A stretch of DNA of 64,000 nucleotides from Octopus vulgaris (taxonomy: Eukaryota): contig OX597842.1 in NCBI GenBank assembly GCA_951406725.2, positions 6,944,001-7,008,000 on the forward strand. The letters are read 5' to 3'. The notes under the pieces are model-generated. The model did not search any database and was not told the DNA's origin. It saw only the letters and a list, made by a program, of their open reading frames with translations. Below are positions 26,628 to 40,374 of this stretch, one piece after another. Each line of letters begins with the position of its first letter. The first letter of the stretch is position 1. The position numbers and the translations under genes are program-made.

Positions 26628-29576
26628 TTAAGAACCTTACTCCACAACCCTTTGCTTCTGGGTTTGATCCATGCATATGTGGCATGTTGAGCAAGTCTGT
26701 CTTATATCATTTAGCCTTGGGTTGATCAATACTTGTGAGCAGAATATTTAAGATGGAAACTGTATTGTTGTTTGTTATACTTATAACTAAGACCCTTTCC
26801 TGGGTTTTGTGGTTCAATACTGATCAAAAGCAAAAAAAAAAAAAAAAGAAAAAAACCAGACTAGCATGGTAGTTTGGTAAGAAGTTTGCTTTCCAACCAC
26901 ATGATTCCAGGTTTTGTCCCACTCTGTTTCACCCTGGACAAGTGGTCTTCTACTATATCCTCAGGCTGACCAAAGCTATCTAAGAAGATTTGGTAGATAG
27001 AACCTGAAAGAAGTAAGGCGGCGAGCTGGCAGAAACATTAGCATGACGGGCGAAATGCTTAGCGGTATTTCATCATTCATCTGCTGTTATGTTCTGAGTT
27101 CAAATTCCACCAAGGTCGACTTTACCTTTCATCCTTTCAGGGTCGATTAAATAACTACCAGTTATGCACTGGGGTCAATATAATCGACTTAATCTGTTTG
27201 TCTGTCCTTGTGTGTCCCCTCTGTGTTTAGCCCCTTGTGGGTAGTAAAGAAATAGGTATTTCGTCTACCGTAACATTCTGAGTTCAAATTCCGCCAAGGT
27301 CAAGTTTGCCTTTCATCCTTTTGAGGGTCGATAAATTAAGTACCAGTTACACTCTGGGGTCGATATAATTGACTTAATCCCTTTGTTTTTCCCCTCTATG
27401 TTTAGCCCCTTGTGGACAATTTGGTAGATAGAAACTGAAAGAAGCCTGTCATGTATATAATGAATCAACCCCAGTAATCACCTTTTGTTAAGTCTGGTCC
27501 TTATTCTATCAGTTTTGGGTTTGTTTCCACTGCTTGGCATTTGTGGGAGTGCCTTTTACCATAGACTGATCTAACTAAAGCCTTGTGAGTGGATTTGGTA
27601 CATGGAAACTGAAAGAAGCCTGAGTGGCTCAGCAAAAATAAACGATAGAATAAGCACCAGACTTAACAAAAGGTGATTATTGGGGTCGATTCATTGTATA
27701 CATGACAGGCTTCTTTCAGTTTCTTATTTCTTTATTGCCCACAAGGGGCTAAACATAGAGGGGAAAAACAAAGGGATTAAGTCGATTACATCGACTCCAG
27801 TGCATAACAGGTACTTAATTTATCGACCCCAAAAGGATGAAAGGCAAAGTCGACCTTGGCGGAATTTGAACTCGGAATGTAACGGCAGACAAAATACTGC
27901 TTGAGCATTTCGCCCAGCATGCTAACGTTTCTGCCAGCTCGCCACCTTTTACCACACAGCCACACCTGTGCCTAGCCACCTCTTCTCACTGCTTGAAAAC
28001 CAGTGTTGGTTTGTTTACATCTCCAGTTCAGTAAAGAGACCACTACAATATGTACCAAACATAAAAATATGTACTGGGGTTAATTTGTTCAACTAAACAA
28101 CTTCATGCTGTTGCTCCAGCATGGCTACAGTTCCATGACTGAAAGAAGTAAACGATTAATGATATAAAAATATTTTCAGCACTTTTATTCTTTTATTGTT
28201 TCAATTTATTTTAAGTTGTTATTATAAATCTTTCATTAATATTAATTTCGCCTAAGGCAGTCAGCTGGCAGAATCGTTAGCATGCTGGGCAAAATGCTTT
28301 ATTCTTTTATTCTTTTACTTGTTTCAATCATTTGACTATGGCCATGCTGGAGCACCACCTTTTGCTTAGTGACATTTCATCCATCTTTATGTTCTGAGTT
28401 CAAATTCAGTTGAGGTTGACTTTGCCTTTCAAACATTCAGGTTGATAAAATAAGTACCAGTTGAATACTGGGGTTGAATGTAATCAACTTAACCTCTCCT
28501 CCGAAATTACTGTCCTTGTGACAAAATTTGGTAGTGAGCTGGCAGAATTTTTGACAGGAGTGGCTACTTGGTAAGAAGCTTGCTTCCCAACCACATGGTT
28601 CTGAGTTCAGTACCACAGTGTGGCACCTTGGGCAAGTGTTTTCCACTATGACCTCAGGCTGACCAAAGCCTTGTGAGTGGATTTGGTAGACAGAAACTGA
28701 AAGAAGCCCGTCATTTCATCCTTGTTTCATATATATTCACTGCTTTCTTCCAAGGAATGTAATGCTCTTAGCTTATTTTCCCTTGGGACTGGGCAGATTG
28801 GAGCAATCTCGAGTATAATCAGCCGAAATTGCAAAGATAATCTGGAACTTGACTGAGGATTGAAAACTCCGAATGATCCGTCCTTGTTTTCCTTGTATTG
28901 TCTGTCTGGATATTTTGTTTTCCTTTTTTTTTTGTTTCACCTAACTGTCTGGATATTTTGCATTCTTGTTCCATTTTTGTATTTTTTATATAAAATATAG
29001 CAGTGTAGGTACACTTTGGTCTCTTATACATAAGTATATATATCTAAATTTTGTATGACTCTATTGTTCTTTGTATTCTTTCATTCTTTCCTTCTTTCTT
29101 TCAGCCCTTTCACACTTTGTTCATTCCACTCTCTCTCCCTCTTTCACTTCACTGTGTCTCTTTCATTTTTCTCTTGCCCCTCCTTAATTCTTCTATCTCT
29201 CTACTCCTACCTCTCTCTCTTCTCTCCCCACATGGCTTCCTTATACAACAGAAACAATGACAATCACTTGGGGTCAACTCAGGTCAACTTTTTTCAGGGT
29301 CAATAAAATAAATTCCAGTTGAGTACAGGGGTCGATGCAATTGACTTACCCACTCCCCCAAAATTATTGGCCTTCTACCAAAATTGGAAACCAATATTTA
29401 ATTTTGCCTTTCACATCTGTTAATTTCTGCTGCATTTTTGAAAGATTTGTTTCATTCTGTGAATTTTATGGAGATTTAACATTTTATATCTGTGCAATAT
29501 TTTCCATTTCTCTTCTTTATTTTGTGTAGTTTTTTTTCTTATTATTTTATTGAAGTGTTTCTAATTTATTTTTCAG

Positions 29577-29647
29577 GCTTTTATTTCAGTGTCTGACTCT
29601 TTTGTCTGAAATACCTACGTTTTTTAGTCACTTTCATTCAGTTTATG
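29577..29647 (+). CDS. MEI1: Internal coding exon (71 nt) of MEI1-like gene: (R)LLFQCLTLLSEIPTFFSHFHSVY(G)
   Basis: Acceptor ttatttttcag, donor G|gtaagt, in phase with both neighbours. CLTLLxExPxFFSxxHxVYGI matches the vertebrate MEI1 motif [21 protein letters not shown] as recalled. Confidence 0.88.
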
Positions 29648-29763
29648 GTAAGTTGATCACAAAGGCAACTTGGCCATTGCTATCACCATGGTGATAATGA
29701 TACTAATCATCATCATCATGATTTGTTGTCTGTTTGAGCCAGTACATTTCATATGTGTGTGTG

Positions 29764-29838
<75 letters not shown>

Positions 29839-29930
29839 ATACAAAAATAATTGCAGTGTGGAAGGTGTTTATAAGCCATTTAAGAAACACATAAAAATAG
29901 TTAGATTCACTTCAACATTTAAATTTAATT

Positions 29931-29977
29931 TGCCAAAATATTTTTGCCGCTTTAAGACCGCGACCTGTTCACTGACA
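29931..29977 (-). ncRNA. Minimal hammerhead-like motif, G3-C8 variant (second copy, decayed)
   Basis: TGTCA-GTGAACA-g-GTCGC(ggtcttaaa)GCGGC-AAAA-ATAT-TT-TGGCA, within a pLTR remnant at about 29840-29990. Confidence 0.45.
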
Positions 29978-30699
29978 AAATTCCATGCTGCATATTTACA
30001 TATTTACATACATTATATATATATATATATACATGCTCCAAGTACTAGGCTTTAAAAAATAAGTCCAGTGGTCAAGTTTTGCAACTAAAACCCTTCAAAT
30101 TAGCACACCAATATAGCCACAATGTAATGACTGAAACAAGTTAAAGATAAATGATATACTCTTTACTCTCTCTCTCTTTTACTCTTTTACTTGTTTCAGT
30201 CATTTGACTGCAGCCATGCTGGAGCACCGCCTTTATTCAAGCAAATCAACCCCAGGACTTATTCTTTGTAAGCCTAGTACTTATTCTATTGGTCTCTTTT
30301 GCCAAACCGCTAAGTTACAGGTACGTAAATGCACCTGCATTGGTTGTTAAGCGATGTTGGGAGGACAAACACAGACACACAAACATATACACACACATAC
30401 ATATATTTACATATATACGATGGGCTTCTTTCATTTTCCATTTACCAAATCCACTCACAAGGCTTTGGTTAACCCGAGGCTATAGTAGAAGACACTTGCC
30501 CAAGTGTCTGAACCTGGAATAATGTGGTTGGTAAGCAAGCTACTTATCACACAGCCACTCTTGCGCCTATATATATACATATATTAACATACATTACATG
30601 TATGTACATTTTATACAAATATACTTGCATACGTTATTATATACATTTTATATATACAAATGTATACATTTAATCACTATAAACAGTGGCAGTATTGGG

Positions 30700-33075
30700 C
30701 CAGACATTCCCCCAACCTCAAAAGTCACCCTGATATCCATTGGGTACAGTAGTAAAAATCAATTGCCACAAACCATGTAACCATAGCCATATTAACAGTG
30801 CAACCTTAACAATTCCCGGCACCAACCTGCTTCCAGTTCCTTTTTAATTAAGCTGAATCTGTCAAAAGAAATCAAAACAAAACCTTTTGGCTATCACACA
30901 GAACCAACAACTGTTGTCACCTCATCGCATAAACACAACGATTGCCATCATTAACCCACAAATTCAACTCAATAATAATGTTGAATGAGCAAGATCTCTC
31001 ACACTTCACGAATCGAACAAAAGTATTGTAGCGGCACAAGCAGTCAGCACCATATTGGATGAGACCTCATGGCAGCCTTTGCCATCTCTGAGACTGGAGC
31101 AAGACCTTATCTGCATCCATTTGTCATGCACGAGATCACAACGAGGCTTGCGATTGAAAACTATATAAAGGGAAAACCCTCTTCAAATCTTTTTTTTTTG
31201 GTGCCACCTCACAGCAATGCTTACTGAACACACCATTGGCTGGAGGCAAATTGCGCCCGCACTATCACAGCTTAAGATGGTAGCCAAGAGCTGCACACTT
31301 CAGCCTTTCCTGTAAATAAACCAGTTGTAAATAGCATTTGTATTTGAAGTCTTTTCTCTTCGCCTGCTGAAAGCCTGAACAACATAAAAAACAAGAAGAT
31401 GATGGAAGGAGACGATATTCCTCCGATATCATAAACCTTGCCTTCCATCATTAAAATATCATATTTCCAAGAACTTGCATACAGAGAAAAGAATATGTTT
31501 ACCACTTAGTGAAATGCGTTAGACCCAGACATGTTGGATGTGAAAGTATATATGTTCGGTTATGTACTACACAGAACTGACCGCAGAATATGGAAACAAG
31601 GGGTAGCGCTTTCATCCATGATGACCTAGCAAGAAATGTCCTCCTCTCTCACTCCAACACAGTTTGAGGTATACTAATAATGCATGTGTTTGACCTCAAT
31701 TTGATCATAGGCATTACCTACCATCCTCCTGATGTAGTTAACCATGGAGGTAACTTCTGGGGTGATTTGTCACACATAAGTTAAACCCTGGCAGAAACAG
31801 TGAGCTGGCAGAAACGTTAGCGCGTCGGGCGAAATGCTTAGTGGTATTTCGTCTGCCATTACGTTGTGAGTTCAAATTCCGCTGAGGTCGACTTTGCCTT
31901 TCATCCTTTCGGGGTCGATAAATTAAGTACCAGTTACGTACTGGGGTCGTTGTAATCGACTTAATACCTATGTCTGTCCTTGTTTGTCCCCTCTATGTTT
32001 AGTCCCTTGTGGGTAGTAAAAAAATATAAGTTAAACCCTAATTGAGGCCAGCCCACAGGCCAATGTACTTTTAACAGAGGACTTTAATGTCCCTAGTTTC
32101 AGCTGGACTGAGGACTGTATCCAATGTGAAACTAAACAACTAAACAGGAGAGATAAGAATACTTTCCTTGAGGCAACTAAAGACTTCTTCATACAACATA
32201 TTATTACCCATCCAACTAGGGGGAATAGCATACTCGGCTTAGACTTACCACCAATACAGACTTCATTCACATCACTCAGGTCATGCCAGCAGCTGTTTGG
32301 GACTGCAACATTATACAATTATCTATATATGGTTCAAAGAGGGCAACACATACAAATAACATCAAACATGACTCACCCCTTGTGAACTTGAATTTCCGGA
32401 AGGCCTAGTAGAAGGAAATCAAAACTGAAATCCTCAAAACAAACATATTGGCAACCTCTGTGTTAATGAGAGAGGGAAATTTCTGTACGAAGACTTAATC
32501 AAGATCTGTTGGAAACCTCATATAAACATGCCTATTCCCACGAGAGTTCAGTTCTATGAGATGAACGGATACTAATGCATAACAGAACCAAACTAACAAA
32601 ACATCTAAAAAAAACAGATTTTCTCGGCAGATAACATTAAGAAAAAAAGGAAAACAAAGAACATTGAAATGGATCTAAAAATATCTTTTATAAAAGAAAA
32701 GTTCTTTTTCCGTTTTGCTACACAAAAATCATCTACACTTAACCAGATTGGCCTGAGATAAAGTTGCCTGTCACAACTATCACAACACCATAATACTATT
32801 CTTAATAATCTCTTGTGAGGAATGGAAACTGACTGCATATACCTTGGATTTTGCTAAAGCATTTTGGCAAGATTGATCATGGAATCATCTGTCAGGTTAA
32901 CGGATCTTGGTATCACAGAAAAACTCAAAGAATGGTTCATCGACTGCTTTTGGGGTAGGAATCAATCTGATGCTGCAAACGGTTTACTCTCTGCAAAGTC
33001 ACCTGTAGTATGTGGTGTTCCTCAGGGCATGGTTCTCGGACCATTATTATTTATCTCGTATATTAATGATTCATT
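30700..33075 (+). mobile_element. Old, internally deleted CR1/Jockey-group LINE with a nested SINE
   Basis: Endonuclease remnants VLLTEDFNVPSFSW and QHIITHPTRGNSIL. RT remnants DCIYLGFAKAFGKIDHG and CGVPQGMVLGPLLFISYIND. 5' boundary uncertain. Confidence 0.75.
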
Positions 33076-33638
33076 GCATTTACGCACACTCAAGCCAACA
33101 ATATAACAATGCATTTTCCCAACCTATAATTAACAAAATATTACATAATCTAAGAGGTAATACTGATCCCTACTTAAACATGGATGTTCTGTTAGAACAA
33201 ACTATACTGTGGTAGTTACCATGAGAGAAACTCTTAAATACACTCAGTACTTGTTCTGGCATTGCTATCTCTAGCAGTCAAGCGATCATCATTGACAAGA
33301 TCAAGGAAGGTCTCAGCACAGGAGGTGGCAAGGATTTATCTTCCCACTAGCAATGTAAACAAGACTGCATTTCTGCATCAAAAAGCCAATATGAGAGTGT
33401 CTTATTTCTTTACTGCCCACAAGGGGCTAAACACAGAGGGACAAACAAAGATAGACAAATGGATTAAGTTGATTATATCGACCCCAGTGCGTAACTGGTA
33501 CTTATTTAATCGACCCCGAAAGGATGAAAGGCAAAGTCGACCTTGGCGGAATTTGAACTCAAAACGTAGCAGCAGACGAAATACCATCCAATATGAGAGT
33601 TTCTCTCATGATATCTACTGCAGAACATCCATATTTAA

Positions 33639-33859
33639 CCCTTTCATTACCAACCCAGCTGAAACTGGTTCTGGTTCTGAGTACAAATGTCTTGTTTCCA
33701 TAAGTTTTAAATTGAAATCTTACACCAAACCTTAGTCACAATTTATGTTCCTAACACTAGCTGAATGATAACTAAGTTATTTTACTAAATTCTTTGTTAT
33801 ATTTAGAATTAATTGAAAGAAACACAGAGCATCTCAAAATAAATACAGTAACGAAAAGG
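33639..33859. mobile_element. piggyBac-like MITE
   Basis: TTAA|CCCTTTCATTAC ... GTAACGAAAAGG|TTAA. Confidence 0.75.
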
Positions 33860-33889
33860 TTAAGTGAGGATAAATATTGCTTCTCAGTA

Positions 33890-34510
33890 ATATACGATAA
33901 TTTTGCAGTATCATTTTATTTACTTAGTATCACAAACTTACACTTTTATCACCTTCAAAATATTCTCCATTTGAAGCAATGTTCAAACAGTGCTGGAACT
34001 CTTGGGAAGTGATGCCTTTTAATGCCTCCATAGTTTTTTTTCTTCCCCTCTTCCACATCTGCAAAACGTTTTCCTTTAAGGACTTTTTTTATTTAGGAGA
34101 ACCAAAAAAGGTTGTAGGAAGCAAGATCAAATGAATAGGAAGGGTGGGTAAGCAGGATCAGGCTATTTTGGGTCAAAGCTGTCTCACACTCAAAGTGGTG
34201 TGAGCAGTCACATTGTTATGATGAAACCACCACTCTCTGCTTAGCCACAGGTCAGGGCATTTTTGTCTCATATGCTTCACAATTGGCAAGTAAAATGTCT
34301 GATTGATAATTTGACCAGGAGGAACAAATTTTGTGTGGACAATCCTTTTGCATTGATGAAATAAATCAGCATCATCTTGACAGTGAACTTCACTTGATGC
34401 ACTTTTTTGGGGCGTGATGACATTGAATATATCCCTTGACTTGATTGCTACTTTGTTTCCAGGTTGTAGCCATAGCCCCAGCTTTCATCACCAGTGATGA
34501 CCTTTGAAGC
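33890..34510 (-). mobile_element. Degraded mariner transposase catalytic domain
   Basis: Minus strand ITGDESWGYGY, WFHHNN, HPSYSFDLAS (YSPDLAP), LKGKRFADVEE, NGEYFEGD. Confidence 0.82.
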
Positions 34511-36623
34511 CCATCGTATATATATGTATATGTGTGCGTATATATTTGTATGTCAGTGCCAGCCTCGCCTCGCCTCTGTGCCAGTGGCACGTAAAAAGCA
34601 CCATCTGATCATGGCCGTTTGCCAGCCTCGTCTGGCACCTGTGCCAGTGACACGTAAAAAGCACCCACTACACTCATGGAGTGGTTGGTGTTAGGAAGGG
34701 CATCCAGCCGTAGAAACATTGCCAGATCAGACTGGGCCTGGTGCAGCCTTCTGGCTTCCCAGACCCCAGTTGCATCGTCCAACCCATGCCAGCATGGAAA
34801 GTGGACGCTAAACGCTGATGATGTTTGTGCCCCCACCCCCCCAACATCGCTTGACAACCAATGCTGATGTGTTTACGTCCCCGTAACTGCCATGAGCAAA
34901 ACACAAGTTTACGAGTAGTTTTCATGCTTTAGGAAATGGTCACTTGTTGCTTGAAGACCAACTTTGTTCAGAGCTATCGTTGACCTCCTGAACAAATGAA
35001 TACTTCATGAAAATTCATGAACTGATCTTGAAGAACTGTCGCCAAACAATTACTCTTTTACTTGTTTCAGTCATTTGACTGTGGCCATGCTGGAGCACCG
35101 CCTTTATTCGAGCAAATTGACCTCAGGACTTATTCTTTGTAAGCCTAGTACTTATTCTATCAGTCGCTTTTGCCGAATCGCTAAGTTACGAGGACGTAAA
35201 CACACCAGCGATGTTGCGGGGGACAAACACAGACACACAAATATATACTCACACACACATACAGTTTCCATCTACCAAATCCACTCACAAGGCTTTGGTC
35301 AGCCTGAGGCTATAGTAGAAGATGCTTGCCCAAGATGCCACGCAGTGGGACTGAACCCAGAACCATGTGGTTGGTAAGCAAGCTACTTACCACACAGCCA
35401 CTGCTGCGCCTATAAAAAAAAATGAAATTTAAAGCAGCAATATTTCAAATTCTTCATTATGAAGAAATACACACCAATCACATGATTTGACATCAGATAA
35501 CACAAGGGGGTATGTGGCTTAATGGTGAGGGTGTTGAACTCATAATCGTAAGATTGTGGTTTCGATCTCTGGACTGGGCAATGCATTGTGTTCTTGAGCA
35601 AAACGCTTCATTTCATGTTGCTCCATTCCTCTCAGCTGTAGAAATGTGTACCACTAGCGGTGGCATGTCGCTTAGTGGTTAGAGAGTTGGATTCATGATG
35701 GTAAGATTGTGGTTTCAATCTCTGGACCGGGCAATCTGTTGTATTCTTGGGCAAAACACTTCATTTCAAATTGTTCCAATCCACTCAGCTATAAAAATGA
35801 GTTTAGCCTGAAGAGGGATCGGCTCTGCCAGTCTTTCTCGCCCTAGATAACTGCATGGCTGAAATGCCCTATTGACCCCCAAGGATTTAAGGGACTTGTC
35901 ACTTGTCTACACAATGATTCAAAGTGCTTATGACTTACAGGACTTAGGACTAATGATGTCAAACAATGCATCTTTCATTAGTCACATGACTAAACTGACC
36001 TCTGAGTGCAGACATCTCATTGGATGGATCTTATGAACCTTCACGGAGCCTTTGTTTAACCTACAGTATTTGGATCTTTACCTTTTGATCTACAGATTTA
36101 AAAAATAATTTTTTGTAACTAAACACTTTCAAACTTCGGACACTGGTAGAATGTGTCGTATAAAACATCTTTTACTCTTAGCATTTTTGAGAAAAACTTG
36201 TACCTTGGGCAATTGTCTTCTACTCTAGCCTCAGGCCAACCAAAGCTTTGTGAGTGGATTTGGTAGATGGAAACTGAAAGAATCCTGTTGTGTGTGTGTA
36301 TCTATGTGTGTGTGTCTTTGCGTCTGTATTTGTCCTCAAGTAAAAGAATAAATATATATATATATATATAATCGTTTTTGATTTCGTATATTTTCATTTG
36401 TCTTGCTTATTTTTTACACTTTAATTTCGTGCTGAGTTTTTTCTTGAGAACACATTCTTCGTGGAAAATAGCAATTTTGGCGTCTATATCTAGCATATTG
36501 ACTGTCCACTTTTAGTGGTCAGTCCTTTAAATTTTGTATGTAAAAAATATTTTAATCTTCGGATTTCTTTAATATGCTAGGCCACTGGTTTTAATTGATT
36601 AATATCAATTTCTACCCTTATTA

Positions 36624-36669
<46 letters not shown>

Positions 36670-36710
36670 GTTTTCTTTGTATCTGTCACCCTTATCTTTC
36701 TTATCTGCAG

Positions 36711-36810
36711 GAATAGACTCCATAATTTCTGCACTCAATACCTTACAACAAATGAACCAGAAGAAACTGCTTGTAGATGGACTGATCTTGTTGCGTAATA
36801 TATTACAGAG
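36711..36810 (+). CDS. MEI1: Internal coding exon (100 nt) of MEI1-like gene: (G)IDSIISALNTLQQMNQKKLLVDGLILLRNILQ(R)
   Basis: Acceptor ctttcttatctgcag, donor AG|gtaggt, phase 1 to phase 2. Helical ARM/HEAT-like sequence resembling MEI1 '[34 protein letters not shown]'. Confidence 0.87.
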
Positions 36811-38196
36811 GTAGGTAGTTATTACTGTTGCAGGGACAGTAGTGGTGGTCATAGCTGTATTGTCATTCTGCTATATCTACAACTGACCATTTTAGTTTGT
36901 GTCTGTGTGTAAATATATATATATATATATGGGCGCATGTAGGTATTTCATTTATTTCATCATCATCATCATCATCATCATCGTTTAACGTCCGCTTTCC
37001 ATGCTAGCATGGGTTGGACGGTTCAACTGGGGTCTGGGAAGCCCAAAGGCTGCACCAGGCCAGTCAGATCTGGCAGTGTTTCTAAAGCTGGATGCCCTTC
37101 CCAACACTAACCACTCCGTGAGTGTAGTGGGTGCTTTTTATGTGCCACCGAAACAGGTGCCAGACGAGGCTGGCGAACGGCCACGCTCAGATGGTGTTTT
37201 TTATATGCCACCGACACAGGTGCCAGACGAGGCTGACGAGGGAAAAATCTATTATGAGATTAATTATGAAATTGATTCAATATAGAAATAACGAACTTTT
37301 TAAAAAAATTCTATTGGCCAGCTTCCCTCGATTTCAGCTCTTTGTGTTTTTCTGTAGCGAGTAAATAATATGTGGAAATTGACGATTTAAAAGTCTGTTA
37401 ACAGCATATTGGCATAGAAATAATTTTCTTCAGCCCTTATTTATAAGTTGTTTATAATTCTAACCTTAAAGATATTTTAATATGCTGCCACATTTTTTGA
37501 TGGAATTTTTTTCTGTAAAAAAACTTCATCCTATATTAGTAGTATATATATATATATATATATAAGCTAGATAGATAGGGTTGATAAGATAAAATAGTAG
37601 TGAAATACTGGAGTAGATTTAATATTCCTATAAAACATCCTGGATGTCAATGGATTTATAATAGAGACCAACACTAACTTTACCTTTCATTCTTGTAGGG
37701 TTGAGATAAAGTAGTAGTGAAATACTGGAGTAGATATAATATTCCTATGAAGCATCCTGGATGTGAATGGAATTATAGCAGAAAATGGAGTCAAACTTTA
37801 TCTTTAATTTTTCTGGGCTTATAAAATTAAGTACCAGTCATCTACTGGGATAGTCTCATTTAATAGTTATCTTTTTTTTTACTTGAAATACTGACTACAG
37901 TCACTTTATCACATAAAGAGTAGCTTTTAGAATATTTTTATTCATATGTCATTAAGTGGGCTAATGACTGTATGCTAAGAAGCTTAATTCCCAACAGCAT
38001 GGTTCCGGGTTCAGTCCCACTGTGTGGCACCTTGACCAAGTGTCTTATATTGTAGCCTTTGGGCGACCAAAACCTTGCGAATGGATTTGGTAGATGGAAA
38101 CTGAAAGGATCTCATCTTATATATATATATATTGATAGAAATGGTACGACAACAAAAAAATTAAAAAGACCTCAATATTATGTAAATAGAGGAATT

Positions 38197-38370
38197 TATC
38201 TGTAAATATAATATGTGACAATTATTCAGTAGCCATGATAAAACTCTAAGGGCATTTTTTCGATGGGCGGATAACTGAAGACATGGCGGCGTGGGTTTCT
38301 GCCCCGACATCCGAAACTCAGAGTTTTATTATGGCTATCGAATAATTGTCACATATTATATTTACAGATA
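38197..38370. mobile_element. Fold-back pLTR remnant with hammerhead at about 38270-38330 (+)
   Basis: Arms about 38197-38247 and 38320-38370. GATAA-CTGAAGA-catggcggcg...ccccgacatcc-GAAA-CTCAGAG-TT-TTATT; stem II partly decayed. Confidence 0.65.
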
Positions 38371-38812
38371 TATATATATACACATACATTTATATTTATA
38401 TATATATATATATACATACATTTATATATATATATCATCATCATCATCATCATCATTTAACGTCCGCTTTCCATGCTAGCATGGGTTGGACGGTTCAACT
38501 GGGGTCTGGGGAGCCCGAAAGCTGCACCAGTCCAGTCAGATCTGGCAGTGTTTCTACAGCTGGATGCCCTTCCTAACGCCAACCACTCCGAGAGTGTAGT
38601 GGGTGATTTTATGTGCCACCGACACAGGTGCCAGACGATGCTGGCAAACGGCCACGCTCGGATGGTGTTTTTTTATGTGCCACCGACACAGGTGCCAGAC
38701 GAGGCTGGCAGACGGCCACGCTCGGATGGTGTTTTTATGTGCCACCGACACAGGTGCCAAATGAGGCTGGCAAAACGGCCACGATCGGATGGTGCTTGTT
38801 ACGTGCCCACAG

Positions 38813-38854
<42 letters not shown>

Positions 38855-38944
38855 TATATATAAATATATATATAAATGTATGTATATATATATATATATT
38901 TAAAATTATTTAAAATTATTAATTTATATTTATATTTATGTATG

Positions 38945-38976
<32 letters not shown>

Positions 38977-39223
38977 TGTCATCAGTAGTTCATATATCTG
39001 AAAAAAAGGGCAGACTCCAAAGTATTGGAACAAAATATATATATATATATATATTATAAAATGAGATAGGGGTTGAAAATTCAACCCACCATGGGATAAT
39101 ATATATCCAATATACTGCCAGATAGGTACCCAACAAGATTAATACATAGATGTTAAAAATTGTCAAACAATCAGTTCATCTATTGTATTATATGGGTAAA
39201 GGTAATAATATTACCGTAAATTA

Positions 39224-40374
39224 ATACTACAAAATTAGAGAATGGAGAAACATACTTAAATCAATAAAACATCAACTATCCGATGATACCCAATCAATAC
39301 TTTAATACACCATTACATATGAGTAAAGGCATTATACAAAATGAGATATACAGTAATAGTAAAAAGATAAAGAGATATAAGTAAAAAATTTCAAATATAA
39401 TATGCAATTAAATCAAAACTGACAGCTGTTTCGGCAGTGAGGGCAGTCATACCTCATTTAACCTATAAGCCATAAAGGCAGGTATAAATGAGGCATTAAC
39501 AAGGATGCCCCACGGCCTCTTCAGAGAATTAAATTAAATTTGTTATAATTGTGAAAAATATTATATAATCATATACATATAAATATAAAAATATAAAAAT
39601 GTAAAATATAAAAACTTATACATCATAATGCTACACTTATATAATATAATACTCATTGGTACAATAAAGGAAGGTAAACAGAACAAAATAAAACAAAATA
39701 TATATCAGTGTATATATTAATATTAATAAGTACCGATATTATACATATTTGGCTGCTTTAGAATTTTATGAACTGAACCATGGTTTTAATTATTATTTTT
39801 CATCTCCCTATGTGTTAGTTTTTTTTTATAAAAAAAAACTATTAGCCAAATATGTATAATATCGGTACTTATTAATATTAATATATACACTGATATATAT
39901 TTTGTTTTATTTTGTTCTGTTTACCTTCCTTTATTGTACCAATGAGTATTATATTATATAAGTGTAGCATTATGATGTATAAGTTTTTATATTTTACATT
40001 TTTATATTTTTATATTTATATGTATATGATTATATAATATTTTTCACAATTATAACAAATTTAATTTAATTCTCTGAAGAGGCCGTGGGGCATCCTTGTT
40101 AATGCCTCATTTATACCTGCCTTTATGGCTTATAGGTTAAATGAGGTATGACTGCCCTCACTGCCGAAACAGCTGTCAGTTTTGATTTAATTGCATATTA
40201 TATTTGAAATTTTTTACTTATATCTCTTTATCTTTTTACTATTACTGTATATCTCATTTTGTATAATGCCTTTACTCATATGTAATGGTGTATTAAAGTA
40301 TTGATTGGGTATCATCGGATAGTTGATGTTTTATTGATTTAAGTATGTTTCTCCATTCTCTAATTTTGTAGTAT
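39224..40374. repeat. Large near-perfect fold-back (531-bp arms, 89-bp spacer) of a Penelope-type pLTR
   Basis: 39224-39754 is the reverse complement of 39844-40374 with no differences noticed by eye. The left arm continues to about 39050. Embedded in (TA)n. Confidence 0.9.
40070..40182 (+). ncRNA. Type-I minimal hammerhead ribozyme with extended stem II (mirror copy at 39416-39528 on -)
   Basis: CT-CTGAAGA(40074-80), long stem GGCcGTG.GGGCA...TGCCTCATTTA...TAAATGAGGTA...TGCCC.CAC.GCC, GAAA(40166-69), CAGCTG-TC^AG. Intact core, palindromic ACAGCTGT stem III, GUC triplet; stem I only about 2 bp. Confidence 0.75.

Noticed and set aside
28850-28885. Hammerhead at CTGAGGA...CCGAATGATCCGTC
   Set aside because: GAAA is absent and the stems are weak.
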